Shown here: piece after piece, positions 27,171 to 35,686 of the stretch
How positions within the stretch are numbered: the stretch's first letter is position 1
How the letters are laid out: each line of letters opens with the position of its first letter
Source of the DNA: Chthoniobacterales bacterium
GTDB taxonomy: Bacteria; Verrucomicrobiota; Verrucomicrobiia; Chthoniobacterales; Chthoniobacteraceae
Length of the DNA: 64,000 nucleotides
Assembly (NCBI GenBank): GCA_038238555.1
Contig: JBBRXP010000001.1
Coordinates: 2,217 to 66,216, forward strand
Direction: 5' to 3'
Made by a program: the position numbers and the translations under genes
Notes under the pieces: model-generated
Databases searched by the model: none
What the model was told of the DNA's origin: nothing
Seen by the model: the letters and a program-made list of their open reading frames with translations, nothing else

Positions 27171-27375
27171 CCGGGGAGCGCACGCGTCCCGCGTGCTGGT
27201 CGCGGCGTCCCCGCCGCGACGAACTTCCTGCGACGATCGAAGTGGCAAGAGCTCCGCGGCACGAAGACAAGCCGGCATGGTCTGCGGGCGCGAAGCTCTT
27301 GTCGCAATGGACGATTCGGGAAGTTCGTTTCGGCGGGACGCCGAAACCAACACGCGAGACGCGCATGCTCCCCGG
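27171..27375. repeat. ~205-bp nested palindromic intergenic element (REP/MITE-like)
   Basis: The left arm 27171-27228 and the right arm 27318-27375 are about 80% reverse-complementary by eye. Each arm carries its own hairpin (CGCGGCG-tccc-CGCCGCG; TTTCGGCG-gga-CGCCGAAA). The centre contains a half REP unit, ACTTCCTGCGACG. Confidence 0.8.
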
Positions 27376-27423
27376 ATTCACGCGCCGCGCACTCTCGCAT
27401 CTGAACACTGAGTACTTCCCCAA

Positions 27424-28872
27424 ATGAACCCCTCCCACCTCTGCTCCCGACGTCACTTTCTCCAGGCAAATTCCTTCAGCCTCGGCTCGCTCGCCCTCGC
27501 GTGGCTGCTGCGCGAAGACGGGCTGCTGTCCGGCCCGGTGAAGCCGCACATCGATGGTCCAGTGCGCTACAATCTGCTGCCGAAGAAGCCGCACTTTGAG
27601 CCGAAGGCGAAGGCGATGATCTCGCTCTTCATGATGGGCGGGCCGTCGCAGATGGACCTCTTCGATCCGAAGCCGATGCTGACAAAGTTTGACGGCCAAA
27701 AGTTTCCTGGAGAGATCAAATACGACAACCTCGCGCAGGCTTCCTCGAAGGTTTTCGGTTCGCCGTGGAAATTCTCGCCGCGCGGGCAGTGTGGGATGGA
27801 GCTGAGCGAGCTGCTGCCAAAACTCGGCGAGGTGGCCGACGACATCACGCTCATCCGCTCGATGCAGTCCGGCGTGAACAATCATCAACAGGCGCTCTTT
27901 GCGATGAACAATGGGCGCACCGTCGGCGGCCGGCCCGCGCTGGGTTCGTGGCTCACCTACGGGCTCGGCAGCGAGACGCAGGAGCTGCCCGCCTACATGG
28001 TGCTCGCGCACCCGGGCGGTCTGCCCACTTTCCAAGGCGAGCACTTCACCAACGGCTGGCTGCCCTCGCTCTACCAGGGCACGCTCATCCGCCCCACCGA
28101 GCCGCGCATTCTCAATCTCGACCCACCGCCCGCCTTCGCCGGCACGGCACAGCGCCGGCAACTCGATCTGCTCGGATCTCTCAATGAAGCGCATCTCGCC
28201 GAGCATCCCGGTGAACTCGATCTCCAGGCCCGCATCTCGAGTTACGAGCTCGCGGCGAAGATGCAGACCGCGGCAAAGGAAGCGCTCGATATTTCCAGCG
28301 AGCCGGACTCGATCAAAAAACTCTACGGCGTCGATGATGCGAAGACGCGCGACTACGCCACGCGCTGCCTCATCGCGCGACGGCTCATCGAGCGCGGCGT
28401 GCGCTTTGTGCAGGTGCTCAATGCCGGACAGTCGTGGGATCAACACGCCGCGCTGGCCACCGCGCTGCCGGCCAACTGCATCGCCACCGACCAGCCGAGT
28501 GCCGCGCTCGTCGCCGATCTCAAGCAGCGCGGCTTGCTCGAGAGCACGGTGGTGCACTGGGGCGGCGAGATGGGGCGTCTGCCCGTGCTGCAAAACGATG
28601 TCGGCCGCGACAAGTGCGGCCGCGATCACAACACCTTCGGCTTCTCGATGTGGCTCGCCGGCGGCGGATTCAAAGGCGGCCACGTCCATGGCGAGACCGA
28701 TGAGTGGGGCCATCAAGCGGTGAAGGACATCGTCCACCACTACGATTACCACGCCACGCTGCTGCACCTCTTCGGCCTCGATCACGAGAAGCTCACCTAC
28801 AAGCGCAACGCCGCCGACATGACGCTGACCGACAATCAAGGCGCGCAAGTGGTGAGCGAACTGCTGGCGTGA
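27424..28872 (+). CDS. DUF1501 domain protein (sulfatase-fold, Tat-type leader)
   Basis: Leader CSRRHFLQANSFSLGSLALA. Family blocks: LFMMGGPSQMDLFDPKP and GRDHNTFGFSMWLAGGG. Confidence 0.9.
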   Translation: MNPSHLCSRRHFLQANSFSLGSLALAWLLREDGLLSGPVKPHIDGPVRYNLLPKKPHFEPKAKAMISLFMMGGPSQMDLFDPKPMLTKFDGQKFPGEIKYDNLAQASSKVFGSPWKFSPRGQCGMELSELLPKLGEVADDITLIRSMQSGVNNHQQALFAMNNGRTVGGRPALGSWLTYGLGSETQELPAYMVLAHPGGLPTFQGEHFTNGWLPSLYQGTLIRPTEPRILNLDPPPAFAGTAQRRQLDLLGSLNEAHLAEHPGELDLQARISSYELAAKMQTAAKEALDISSEPDSIKKLYGVDDAKTRDYATRCLIARRLIERGVRFVQVLNAGQSWDQHAALATALPANCIATDQPSAALVADLKQRGLLESTVVHWGGEMGRLPVLQNDVGRDKCGRDHNTFGFSMWLAGGGFKGGHVHGETDEWGHQAVKDIVHHYDYHATLLHLFGLDHEKLTYKRNAADMTLTDNQGAQVVSELLA

Positions 28873-30272
28873 TGGATCGCTTTTTTCACGCCCTCCTCGC
28901 CGTCCTCTGCGCCTCACTCTCCGCGGCGATCCCCGCGGAGCGCCCGAACTTCGTCTTTCTTCTCGCCGACGATTTGCGGCCCGATGCGCTCGGCGCATTT
29001 GGGCATCCCGTGGTGCAGACGCCGCACCTCGACGCGCTTGCCCGCGAAGGCGCGATTTTTCCGCGAGCGATGGTGGGTTACCCGATCTGCCACGTGAGCC
29101 GGGCGGAGATGCTCACAGGCTGTTGCGCGTTTCGCACCGGAGTGCAGTACCGTGGCAAGCAGATCGATCCCAAGCTCGCGCTGTGGCCGGAGACGCTGCG
29201 CCGCGCGGGCTATCGCACATGGTATTGCGGCAAGTGGCACAACGACGGGCAGCCAAAGCAGCGCGGATACGAGGAGACCAGCGGGCTTTTCACCAGCGGC
29301 GGCGGCGGCGCTCGCACTGCGCTGCCCGATCACGCCGGGCGCCCCGCGACGGGCTACACCGGCTGGACCTTCAAGACCGACGACGGCCGCGCGGAGATCG
29401 AGAAAGGCGTGGGCCTAACGCCGGACACGGATCGCCACATTGCCGACGGCGCCATCGCACTCATCCGCCGCGGATCGAGCGCGCCATTTTTTTTGCACGT
29501 TTGTTTCAGCGGGCCGCACGATCCGCGCATCTGGCCGCGCGGCCTTGAGGGTCGTTACGCGGCGGAGAAAATCCCGCTGCCGCGGAACTTTGCGCCGCAG
29601 CATCCTTTCGATCACGGCAATGCCGGCGGTCGCGACGAAGTCCTCCTCGCCTTGCCCCGCCAGCCGGATGAAGTGCGCGCCGAACTCGCCGCTTACTACG
29701 CAGTGGTGACGAACCTCGACGAGCAAGCGGGCCGCATCGTCGCCGCTTTGCGCGAGACCGGGCAGTGGGAAAATACCGTCCTCATTTTCTCAAGCGATCA
29801 TGGGCTCGCGCTCGGCAGCCACGGCCTCACCGGCAAGCAGAACCAATACGAGCACACCATCGGCGTGCCGCTCATCCTGCGCGGACCTGGCGTTCCGCGC
29901 GGCGAGCGCATCGGCGCACAGTGTTACTTGCGCGATCTTTTTCCGACCACGTGCGAACTGGCCGGCATCCCCATCCCGCCCACCGTGCAAGGCCGCAGCC
30001 TCGTGCCGCTGCTCACGGGGAAGGAGTCCTCGATTTATCGGCAAGTGTTCGGCTGCTTCACCGACACTCAACGCATGATCCGCGAAGAACGCTGGAAACT
30101 CATTTGGTATCCGAAGTTTCCGCGCTACCAGCTCTTCGACCTCGCCAGCGATCCCGACGAATTGCACGACCTCTCCACCGACCCGCGGCAGGCGGCACAA
30201 CTCGCCAGATTGCGGGAGAAACTGGAGACGTGGTTGAAGGAAAACGGCGACCCTCTGTTCGACGGGCGCTAA
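28872..30272 (+). CDS. Sulfatase-family hydrolase (non-canonical C-H-V-S-R active-site segment)
   Basis: ORF 28704..30272 trimmed to ATG 28872 (TGATG overlap with the DUF1501 stop). The signal peptide is MDRFFHALLAVLCASLSAA. Family blocks: PNFVFLLADDLRPDALGAFGHP, YPICHVSRAEMLTG, IFSSDHG. Confidence 0.85.
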   Translation: MDRFFHALLAVLCASLSAAIPAERPNFVFLLADDLRPDALGAFGHPVVQTPHLDALAREGAIFPRAMVGYPICHVSRAEMLTGCCAFRTGVQYRGKQIDPKLALWPETLRRAGYRTWYCGKWHNDGQPKQRGYEETSGLFTSGGGGARTALPDHAGRPATGYTGWTFKTDDGRAEIEKGVGLTPDTDRHIADGAIALIRRGSSAPFFLHVCFSGPHDPRIWPRGLEGRYAAEKIPLPRNFAPQHPFDHGNAGGRDEVLLALPRQPDEVRAELAAYYAVVTNLDEQAGRIVAALRETGQWENTVLIFSSDHGLALGSHGLTGKQNQYEHTIGVPLILRGPGVPRGERIGAQCYLRDLFPTTCELAGIPIPPTVQGRSLVPLLTGKESSIYRQVFGCFTDTQRMIREERWKLIWYPKFPRYQLFDLASDPDELHDLSTDPRQAAQLARLREKLETWLKENGDPLFDGR

Positions 30273-30285
30273 ACTTGGAAGCGGA

Positions 30286-30395
30286 GTCCACGGAATACAC
30301 GGACCACCCGGAAAAGAAGGAGCTTGAGAAGAAGCAGCCCTTCACCTTTCTGGTGAGAGCCTTCTCCTTCCGTGCCTTCTGTGTATTCCGTGGAC
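30286..30395. repeat. 110-nt imperfect palindrome between convergent genes (REP-like / bidirectional terminator candidate)
   Basis: GTCCACGGAATACACGGA (30286-30303) pairs with TCTGTGTATTCCGTGGAC (30378-30395) at 17 of 18 positions. The interior has further partial complementarity (GAAGCAGCCCTTCACC / GGTGAGAGCCTTC). Confidence 0.75.
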
Positions 30396-30401
30396 CCCTT
30401 G

Positions 30402-31250
30402 TCAGCGCAGCGTGGCGAGACCGGTGACCCACTTTCCTCTCCGCACGGTGCTCTCGATGCGCAGTCCCGCGGCCCGGATCGCGGCCACCACTTCGCGCTC
30501 CTGCTCGCGGAGGATGCCGGAAAAAATCAACCGTCCTCCCGGCGCGACCGCGCGGGCGAGCTGCGGCGCGGCTTCGATGAGGAGGCCGCTGTACATATTG
30601 GCGGCCACGACATCCCACGTGCGCGCCGGCCGCCAGCCGCTGACATCGAGCTTGCGGATGACCACGCGGCTCACACGATTTGCGCGCGCATTTTCCGCGG
30701 CGGTCCGCAGCGCGTCTGGGTCGTTGTCGCCAGCCTCCGCGTGTCGGGCTCCGAGCATCCGCGCCGCGAGGGCGAGGATGCCGCTGCCGCAGCCGACATC
30801 GAGCATCTCCCAAGGCCGGCCGGCCAGCGCGGCGCTTGCATCCGCGAGCAAGCGCAGGCACGTGGCCGTGGTGGCATGATCGCCCGTGCCAAAGGCCATG
30901 CCCGCTGGGATGAGCAGCACCTTGCGCGTCGAAGCCCCGAGCGCGGCACGCTCGCGCTCGGTCGCCACCACCACGAGCCTGCCGCGCACTTTGATGGGCG
31001 GCCGCGCCGGCGCGTGCGCCCGCTTCATCGGTAGCGCCTGTCCGCCAAAAGCTCGCGCGAGACGCGCAGCCTGCGCGCCCGAGAGCGCGAAAATTTCGAG
31101 CCGAATGGAGTGCGAGCCGGCGAGCGCCGTCACAGCGAGCCTGTCCCGGAATGCGCTCAAACGTTCGCACCACACATCCTCCCACTTCGCGGGGCTGAGC
31201 TTGCGCCAGAGGAAAGTTGAGTGGCGGGAACGAAGCGCGGTGCGCGGCAT
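30402..31250 (-). CDS. prmA: Ribosomal protein L11 methyltransferase
   Basis: FGTGDHATTATCLRLL and MLDVGCGSGILALAA (SAM motif I) are present. ATG 31250 is preferred. The track ORF starts at TTG 31262, which overlaps the upstream stop. Confidence 0.85.
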   Translation of the reverse strand: MPRTALRSRHSTFLWRKLSPAKWEDVWCERLSAFRDRLAVTALAGSHSIRLEIFALSGAQAARLARAFGGQALPMKRAHAPARPPIKVRGRLVVVATERERAALGASTRKVLLIPAGMAFGTGDHATTATCLRLLADASAALAGRPWEMLDVGCGSGILALAARMLGARHAEAGDNDPDALRTAAENARANRVSRVVIRKLDVSGWRPARTWDVVAANMYSGLLIEAAPQLARAVAPGGRLIFSGILREQEREVVAAIRAAGLRIESTVRRGKWVTGLATLR

Positions 31251-31258
31251 CTCGACAC

Positions 31259-31990
31259 TCAACTTTTCTTCCGAAACACGATCACGTGCTGGCGCGGGAG
31301 CGTGCGGATGTTCTCCACAAACTCGAGCGCCGGATGCAGCGCCATCTCCTTCTTCACCTGCGCCTCGGTCATCTTGTGCACGAGCTTGATAGGCACCTCG
31401 GGATCTTCGCCGCGGAACTCCACAAACACGATCCGCCCGCCCGGCTTGAGCCCCGCGATCATGCCGCGGATCATTTCGTAAGGCTCATCGAACTCGTGGT
31501 ACACATCGACCAGGATCATCGTGTCGCACGACTCGGCGGGCACCTTCGGATCGGTGGTCGTGCCGAGCACCGGCTTCACATTCCCGATCCGGAACATCGC
31601 CATCCGCTTTGCGAGAAGGTCGAGCATCTCCTGCTGGATATCGACGCCATAAATCACACCCGTCACGCCGACTTTTTTGGAAATTTTCCGGCTCACGTAT
31701 CCCGAGCCGCAGCCGATGTCCGCGACGATTTCGCCTTCGCGAAATTTGAGCGCCGCAACCATTTCATCCGTGCGCTCCTCCTCCTCGCGCTCGGGCCGCT
31801 CGAGCCAGTCGGCAGCCTGGTGGCCCATCACGCGGGCGATCTCGCGTCCGGCAAAAAACTTGCCGATCCCATTCGGGTCGTGCTGCGCGCGCGTCTCGTA
31901 GAGTGGCTGCGGTAATGTGGCATCCTCTCCGCGCAATGGCGCGAAGAGGAAGATCGCGGAAGAAAGGAGGAGAGGAAGGAGAACGCGCAT
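31259..31990 (-). CDS. Secreted class I SAM-dependent methyltransferase
   Basis: ATG 31990 gives the signal peptide MRVLLPLLLSSAIFLFAP. VADIGCGSGYVS is motif I. VIYGVDIQQEML is also present. Confidence 0.8.
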   Translation of the reverse strand: MRVLLPLLLSSAIFLFAPLRGEDATLPQPLYETRAQHDPNGIGKFFAGREIARVMGHQAADWLERPEREEEERTDEMVAALKFREGEIVADIGCGSGYVSRKISKKVGVTGVIYGVDIQQEMLDLLAKRMAMFRIGNVKPVLGTTTDPKVPAESCDTMILVDVYHEFDEPYEMIRGMIAGLKPGGRIVFVEFRGEDPEVPIKLVHKMTEAQVKKEMALHPALEFVENIRTLPRQHVIVFRKKS

Positions 31991-32128
31991 GGGCAAAACT
32001 TTCTAAAGCGACTCAATCGATGAGCGGAGAAAAGACAAGCAACCGGTGCTCGCCGCCTCGCGCAAGCCAGCGGAATTTTTCGGCAAATCCGCCTTCCTCT
32101 CAGCGTGCGGGAAAGTAGGGTTTGTCGC

Positions 32129-32722
32129 GTGAAAACCAAACTGCGATTGCTTGCCGTGACGCTCGTGCTCGCGCTGCCCGCGACGGCGAGCGCGCATTCC
32201 GAGACGGGGACGATCGGCGGCTTTGTGAGCGGGTTCCTGCATCCGCTCACGGGGCTCGATCACATCGTGGCGATGGTGGCCGTCGGCTTGTGGGGCGCGT
32301 ATCTCGGGGCGCCGGCGATGTGGTTGCTGCCCGTGGTGTTTCCTGTGGTGATGGCGTTCGGAGGTGCGCTTGGCGTGCTCGGCGTGCCGTTGCCGGAGGT
32401 GGAAAAGTGCATCGCGCTTTCGGGGATCATGCTCGGTCTGGCGGTGGCGCTGGCGGCGCGGCCGCCGCTGTGGATTGCGGCGGTGATGGTGGGTTTCTTC
32501 GCGATTTTCCACGGCCACGCGCACGGCACCGAGCTTCCCGCCGCGGCCAACGCGATCACTTACGCGGCGGGCTTCGTCATTGCCACGGGGCTGCTGCATC
32601 TCAGCGGCATCTCGGTCGGTCTGCTGGTGCGCTGGCCGTGGGGGCGCGTGGTGGTGCGCACCGCCGGCGTGGCCATCGCGGTCGTCGGCTTCGGATTTCT
32701 TTTTGGAATGTTCAAGGCGTGA
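32129..32722 (+). CDS. hupE: HupE/UreJ-family membrane protein (Ni/Co transport-associated)
   Basis: GTG 32129 gives the signal peptide KTKLRLLAVTLVLALPATASA followed by HSE. FLHPLTGLDHIVAMVAVGLWG is the HupE/UreJ signature. The track start is GTG 32105. Confidence 0.85.
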   Translation: MKTKLRLLAVTLVLALPATASAHSETGTIGGFVSGFLHPLTGLDHIVAMVAVGLWGAYLGAPAMWLLPVVFPVVMAFGGALGVLGVPLPEVEKCIALSGIMLGLAVALAARPPLWIAAVMVGFFAIFHGHAHGTELPAAANAITYAAGFVIATGLLHLSGISVGLLVRWPWGRVVVRTAGVAIAVVGFGFLFGMFKA

Positions 32723-33318
32723 GGCGCGCCGTTTCGTGGTTACTCGCGGCCTTCGCTCTCCCGGCGCAAGCGCTCGCGCACACGACGGTGCAAGGCATGA
32801 ACGATTTCATGACCGGTGCGCTGCATCCGCTCCTGACGCCGGCTCATGTGCTCATCCTGCTCGCGCTCGGGCTGTGCCTGGGCCAGCACCCGCCGCTGCG
32901 CCTGAGGATGCCGCTCAGCGTTTTCGCGTCGTGCTCTGCCATCGGGCTTGCGCTCACGGCAACGCGCTGGTTTCCCGGAGTTCACCCGGCGGCGCTGGCC
33001 GGCATCGCGCTCGGCGCGGGCGCGTTGGCGGCGTGTGAAAAAGAGCTTCCGTCCTCTGCCCGCGGCGCGCTCTTCGGGGTGGGAGCGCTGGCTATCGGAT
33101 CGGATTCCGGCGTCGAGACGGGCGGCGCGGCGGTCATCGTCAAGACGCTGCTCGGAACGTGGCTCGGCTTGCTCATCTATCTCATGAACCTCGCCTACTA
33201 CGCCTCGCTGGCGGCGGAACAAAAAAAGAAATGGCTGCGCATCGGCCTCCGTGTCGCCGGCTCGTGGATCGTGGCGATCTCGCTGCTGGTGCTCGCCTTC
33301 GCGCTGCACAAAGTGTGA
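32719..33318 (+). CDS. HupE/UreJ-like membrane protein, divergent second copy
   Basis: This is the second half of ORF 32122..33318. GTG 32719 overlaps the upstream stop (GTGA). The signal peptide is RRAVSWLLAAFALPAQALA. The HP..H motif is degenerate (GALHPLLTPAHVLILLALGLCLG). It has several predicted TM helices. Confidence 0.6.
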   Translation: MRRAVSWLLAAFALPAQALAHTTVQGMNDFMTGALHPLLTPAHVLILLALGLCLGQHPPLRLRMPLSVFASCSAIGLALTATRWFPGVHPAALAGIALGAGALAACEKELPSSARGALFGVGALAIGSDSGVETGGAAVIVKTLLGTWLGLLIYLMNLAYYASLAAEQKKKWLRIGLRVAGSWIVAISLLVLAFALHKV

Positions 33319-33428
33319 GGGTCGTCATCTTCCGCGGTGCCTCCCAAAATCAAAACGTGCGCGCCCATCGCCTCGCCGGGATCCACCGCTGCTCCGAGGG
33401 TTGGGACGCTCACTCGACTCGCGCGCCG

Positions 33429-35480
33429 CTAGAATCTCGCCGTCACGCTCACGCGGAGCTGGCGCGGTTCGGCGGGGTGGAAGTGGATGTCGTCCACGCC
33501 CTCGGCGGGCTCGCCGCGGAGGCGCGAGGTGTAGAAGTAGTCGATCTCGTTGTCGCGAGAGTCGAAGATGTTGAAGACATCCACCGCAGTGCTCCACGTC
33601 TCGCTGAGTTTGTAGCCGACCTGGGCGTTCACGAGCGTCGTGGACTTTGAGCGGGCGCTGCCATCTTCGATGAGGTCGCGCGGGCCGAAGTGCCGCACGC
33701 GCAGACTCGCATTCCACGGGCTGAGCGCGCCGGGCAGGTCATGCACGGTGATGCCTGCCGCGATGGTCGTCTCCACCGAGCCGGGGATGCGCTGGCCTTC
33801 CGGCGCGGGTTCGGTGAAGCGCGCATTCGAGAGCGAAAAGTCCGCGTCGAGCGTGAGCCACGGCGTCGGGTTGTAGTAGTTCGCAAACTCGATGCCGTAG
33901 CGGCGGCTGGGGCCGCTCGCTTCGGTCGTGCCGGCGTCGCCGGAAAAGACGAGTTCGCTGTCGAGGTCGAGAATCCAAAGCGAGAGCGAGCTTTGCAGGC
34001 CGCGCACGGCGGTCGTGCGAATGCCAATCTCCGCGCCCTTGCTGCGGACGAGCGGATTGGCCGGATCGACGCGCTCGCCGGTGCCGGGGTCTTGCCGCGT
34101 GATGACGCCGCGCGCGTCGTTGCTGTGGTAGCCGAGCCCGCCGTTGAGATAGAGTTCCGTCTGCGCCCAAGGGCCGAAGATGAGGCTCAGTTTCGGGCTC
34201 GCGAGGAACTCGCCTTTCGTGCCCGAGTTCACGTCGTTGTCGCTGTTCACGTCGAAGTAAAAGTAATCGCCGCGCACGCCCGCTTCCGTGCGAAGCCAGC
34301 TCGTCCATTTCGTCTTGTTGGAATAGTAAGCACCGATGCTCGACTCGATGATGTGATCCGCGCGCACGGTCGAAAGCCGCGTGCGTTCCTTCGTGTAAAA
34401 GAGGCCATTGCGAATGTTGTCGCTGCGGAATTGCAGCCCAAATGCGTTCTCCGTTTCGCGTCCGAAAAGCGTGCCGAAAATCCGGTGCTCCGCCTTCGCG
34501 CCCCAATGCACGCGGCGATCCTTTTGCTCGAACTGATCGCCGTTCTCCGGGTCGCGCAGGAAGTAGGTGAAGTTCGAGAAAAGATCGAGGTCGTAATACA
34601 TCCCGTAGAGCAGGATCTTCGTCGCGGAATCCGCGCTCACGCGATGCCACTCGCCATGCAGGCTATAGCGCGAACTGTCTCCGCCGTCGCTTTCATCCAG
34701 GCTCCCGAAACGGTCGATCACGCCGCGATCCACGGCGCGTTTCGCGATTTGATCGGTGGCCGTCCAATTGCCGTGATAGCCCATCGCCGTCACGTTCCAG
34801 CCCCCGCGTTCATCGCCCTGACTGTAGCGCAGCACGCCGTTGAATTTCTGGTAATCGTCCGGGTTGTTCCAAGGCCCATCGCTGTGGAATGCCTCAAAGG
34901 CGTAGAGCAGGCTGCCTTTGCCGAGCGACACGGAGTTTCCGAAAGCGAATCGCGCGTAGCCAAAGTTTCCGCCTTCCGCCGTCGCGAAGCCGCGATCCAG
35001 CTTGTTCGCCATCACGAAATTGAACGCGCCCGCCGACGCGAAATCGCCCTCCTCGGGATAGTAGGTGCCTTTGCGAAAAGCGACCTCGCGCACCAGCTCG
35101 GGGATGATGAAATTCAAATCCGTCCAGCCCTGCCCGTGCGCGTGCGAGCGGAAGTTCACCGGCACGCCGTCGAAGCTCGTGGAGAGATCGGTGCCGTGAT
35201 CGAGATTGAAGCCGCGCAGGAAAAACTGGTTCGCCTTCCCCGCGCCGCTGTGCTGCGAGACGATGACGCCCGGCACGGTTTCGAGCAGTTCGCCGGGCCG
35301 CAGCAGCGGGCGCAATGCGAGCTGTTCGTGGCCGACCACGCCTTCATTGGCCGAGCTGGCGACACCGATGAGGCTGTCGGAACGTTCCGTGACGACCACT
35401 TCTTCGAGCCGTGTAGTTTCTTGCGCGAGCATGGAGGCGAGGGTTGCCAGCAGTGCCGCCGATGAGACGAGTTTTTTCAT
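33429..35480 (-). CDS. TonB-dependent outer-membrane receptor
   Basis: It has a signal peptide. Plug region: EEVVVTERS and LETVPGVIVSQHSGAGKANQFFLRGFNLDHGTD. The C-terminal beta-strand ends in F. 683 aa. Confidence 0.9.
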   Translation of the reverse strand: MKKLVSSAALLATLASMLAQETTRLEEVVVTERSDSLIGVASSANEGVVGHEQLALRPLLRPGELLETVPGVIVSQHSGAGKANQFFLRGFNLDHGTDLSTSFDGVPVNFRSHAHGQGWTDLNFIIPELVREVAFRKGTYYPEEGDFASAGAFNFVMANKLDRGFATAEGGNFGYARFAFGNSVSLGKGSLLYAFEAFHSDGPWNNPDDYQKFNGVLRYSQGDERGGWNVTAMGYHGNWTATDQIAKRAVDRGVIDRFGSLDESDGGDSSRYSLHGEWHRVSADSATKILLYGMYYDLDLFSNFTYFLRDPENGDQFEQKDRRVHWGAKAEHRIFGTLFGRETENAFGLQFRSDNIRNGLFYTKERTRLSTVRADHIIESSIGAYYSNKTKWTSWLRTEAGVRGDYFYFDVNSDNDVNSGTKGEFLASPKLSLIFGPWAQTELYLNGGLGYHSNDARGVITRQDPGTGERVDPANPLVRSKGAEIGIRTTAVRGLQSSLSLWILDLDSELVFSGDAGTTEASGPSRRYGIEFANYYNPTPWLTLDADFSLSNARFTEPAPEGQRIPGSVETTIAAGITVHDLPGALSPWNASLRVRHFGPRDLIEDGSARSKSTTLVNAQVGYKLSETWSTAVDVFNIFDSRDNEIDYFYTSRLRGEPAEGVDDIHFHPAEPRQLRVSVTARF

Positions 35481-35686
35481 GGAGTGTGTTGGGTTGATTT
35501 GACAACAACGCGCCGCCTACAAAAAAAAGGCCGCGCGCTGGGAGCTACGAGGGCTTTCGCCTCCGCCATCGCTCCAAAACGGGTGGCTGGATCAAAGTGA
35601 AACCAAATTCTGTTCGCTCGCGTCAAGCACTGTTTGTCTTGCCTTTCTTAGCGCGGCCAGCTTCCTGTGCTCCGGCGCCAAGTCCC

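Noticed and set aside
25197-27353. 718-aa minus-strand ORF
   Set aside because: It is antisense to the PSD1 gene (24516..27152), is low-complexity and Arg/Ala-rich, and runs through the intergenic palindrome. It is not a gene.
31997-32128. Cobalamin or NiCo riboswitch upstream of hupE
   Set aside because: The spacer is only about 130 nt. I could not find a B12 box (GCCACTG-like) or the conserved NiCo four-way-junction segments. This is left as a check with Infernal.
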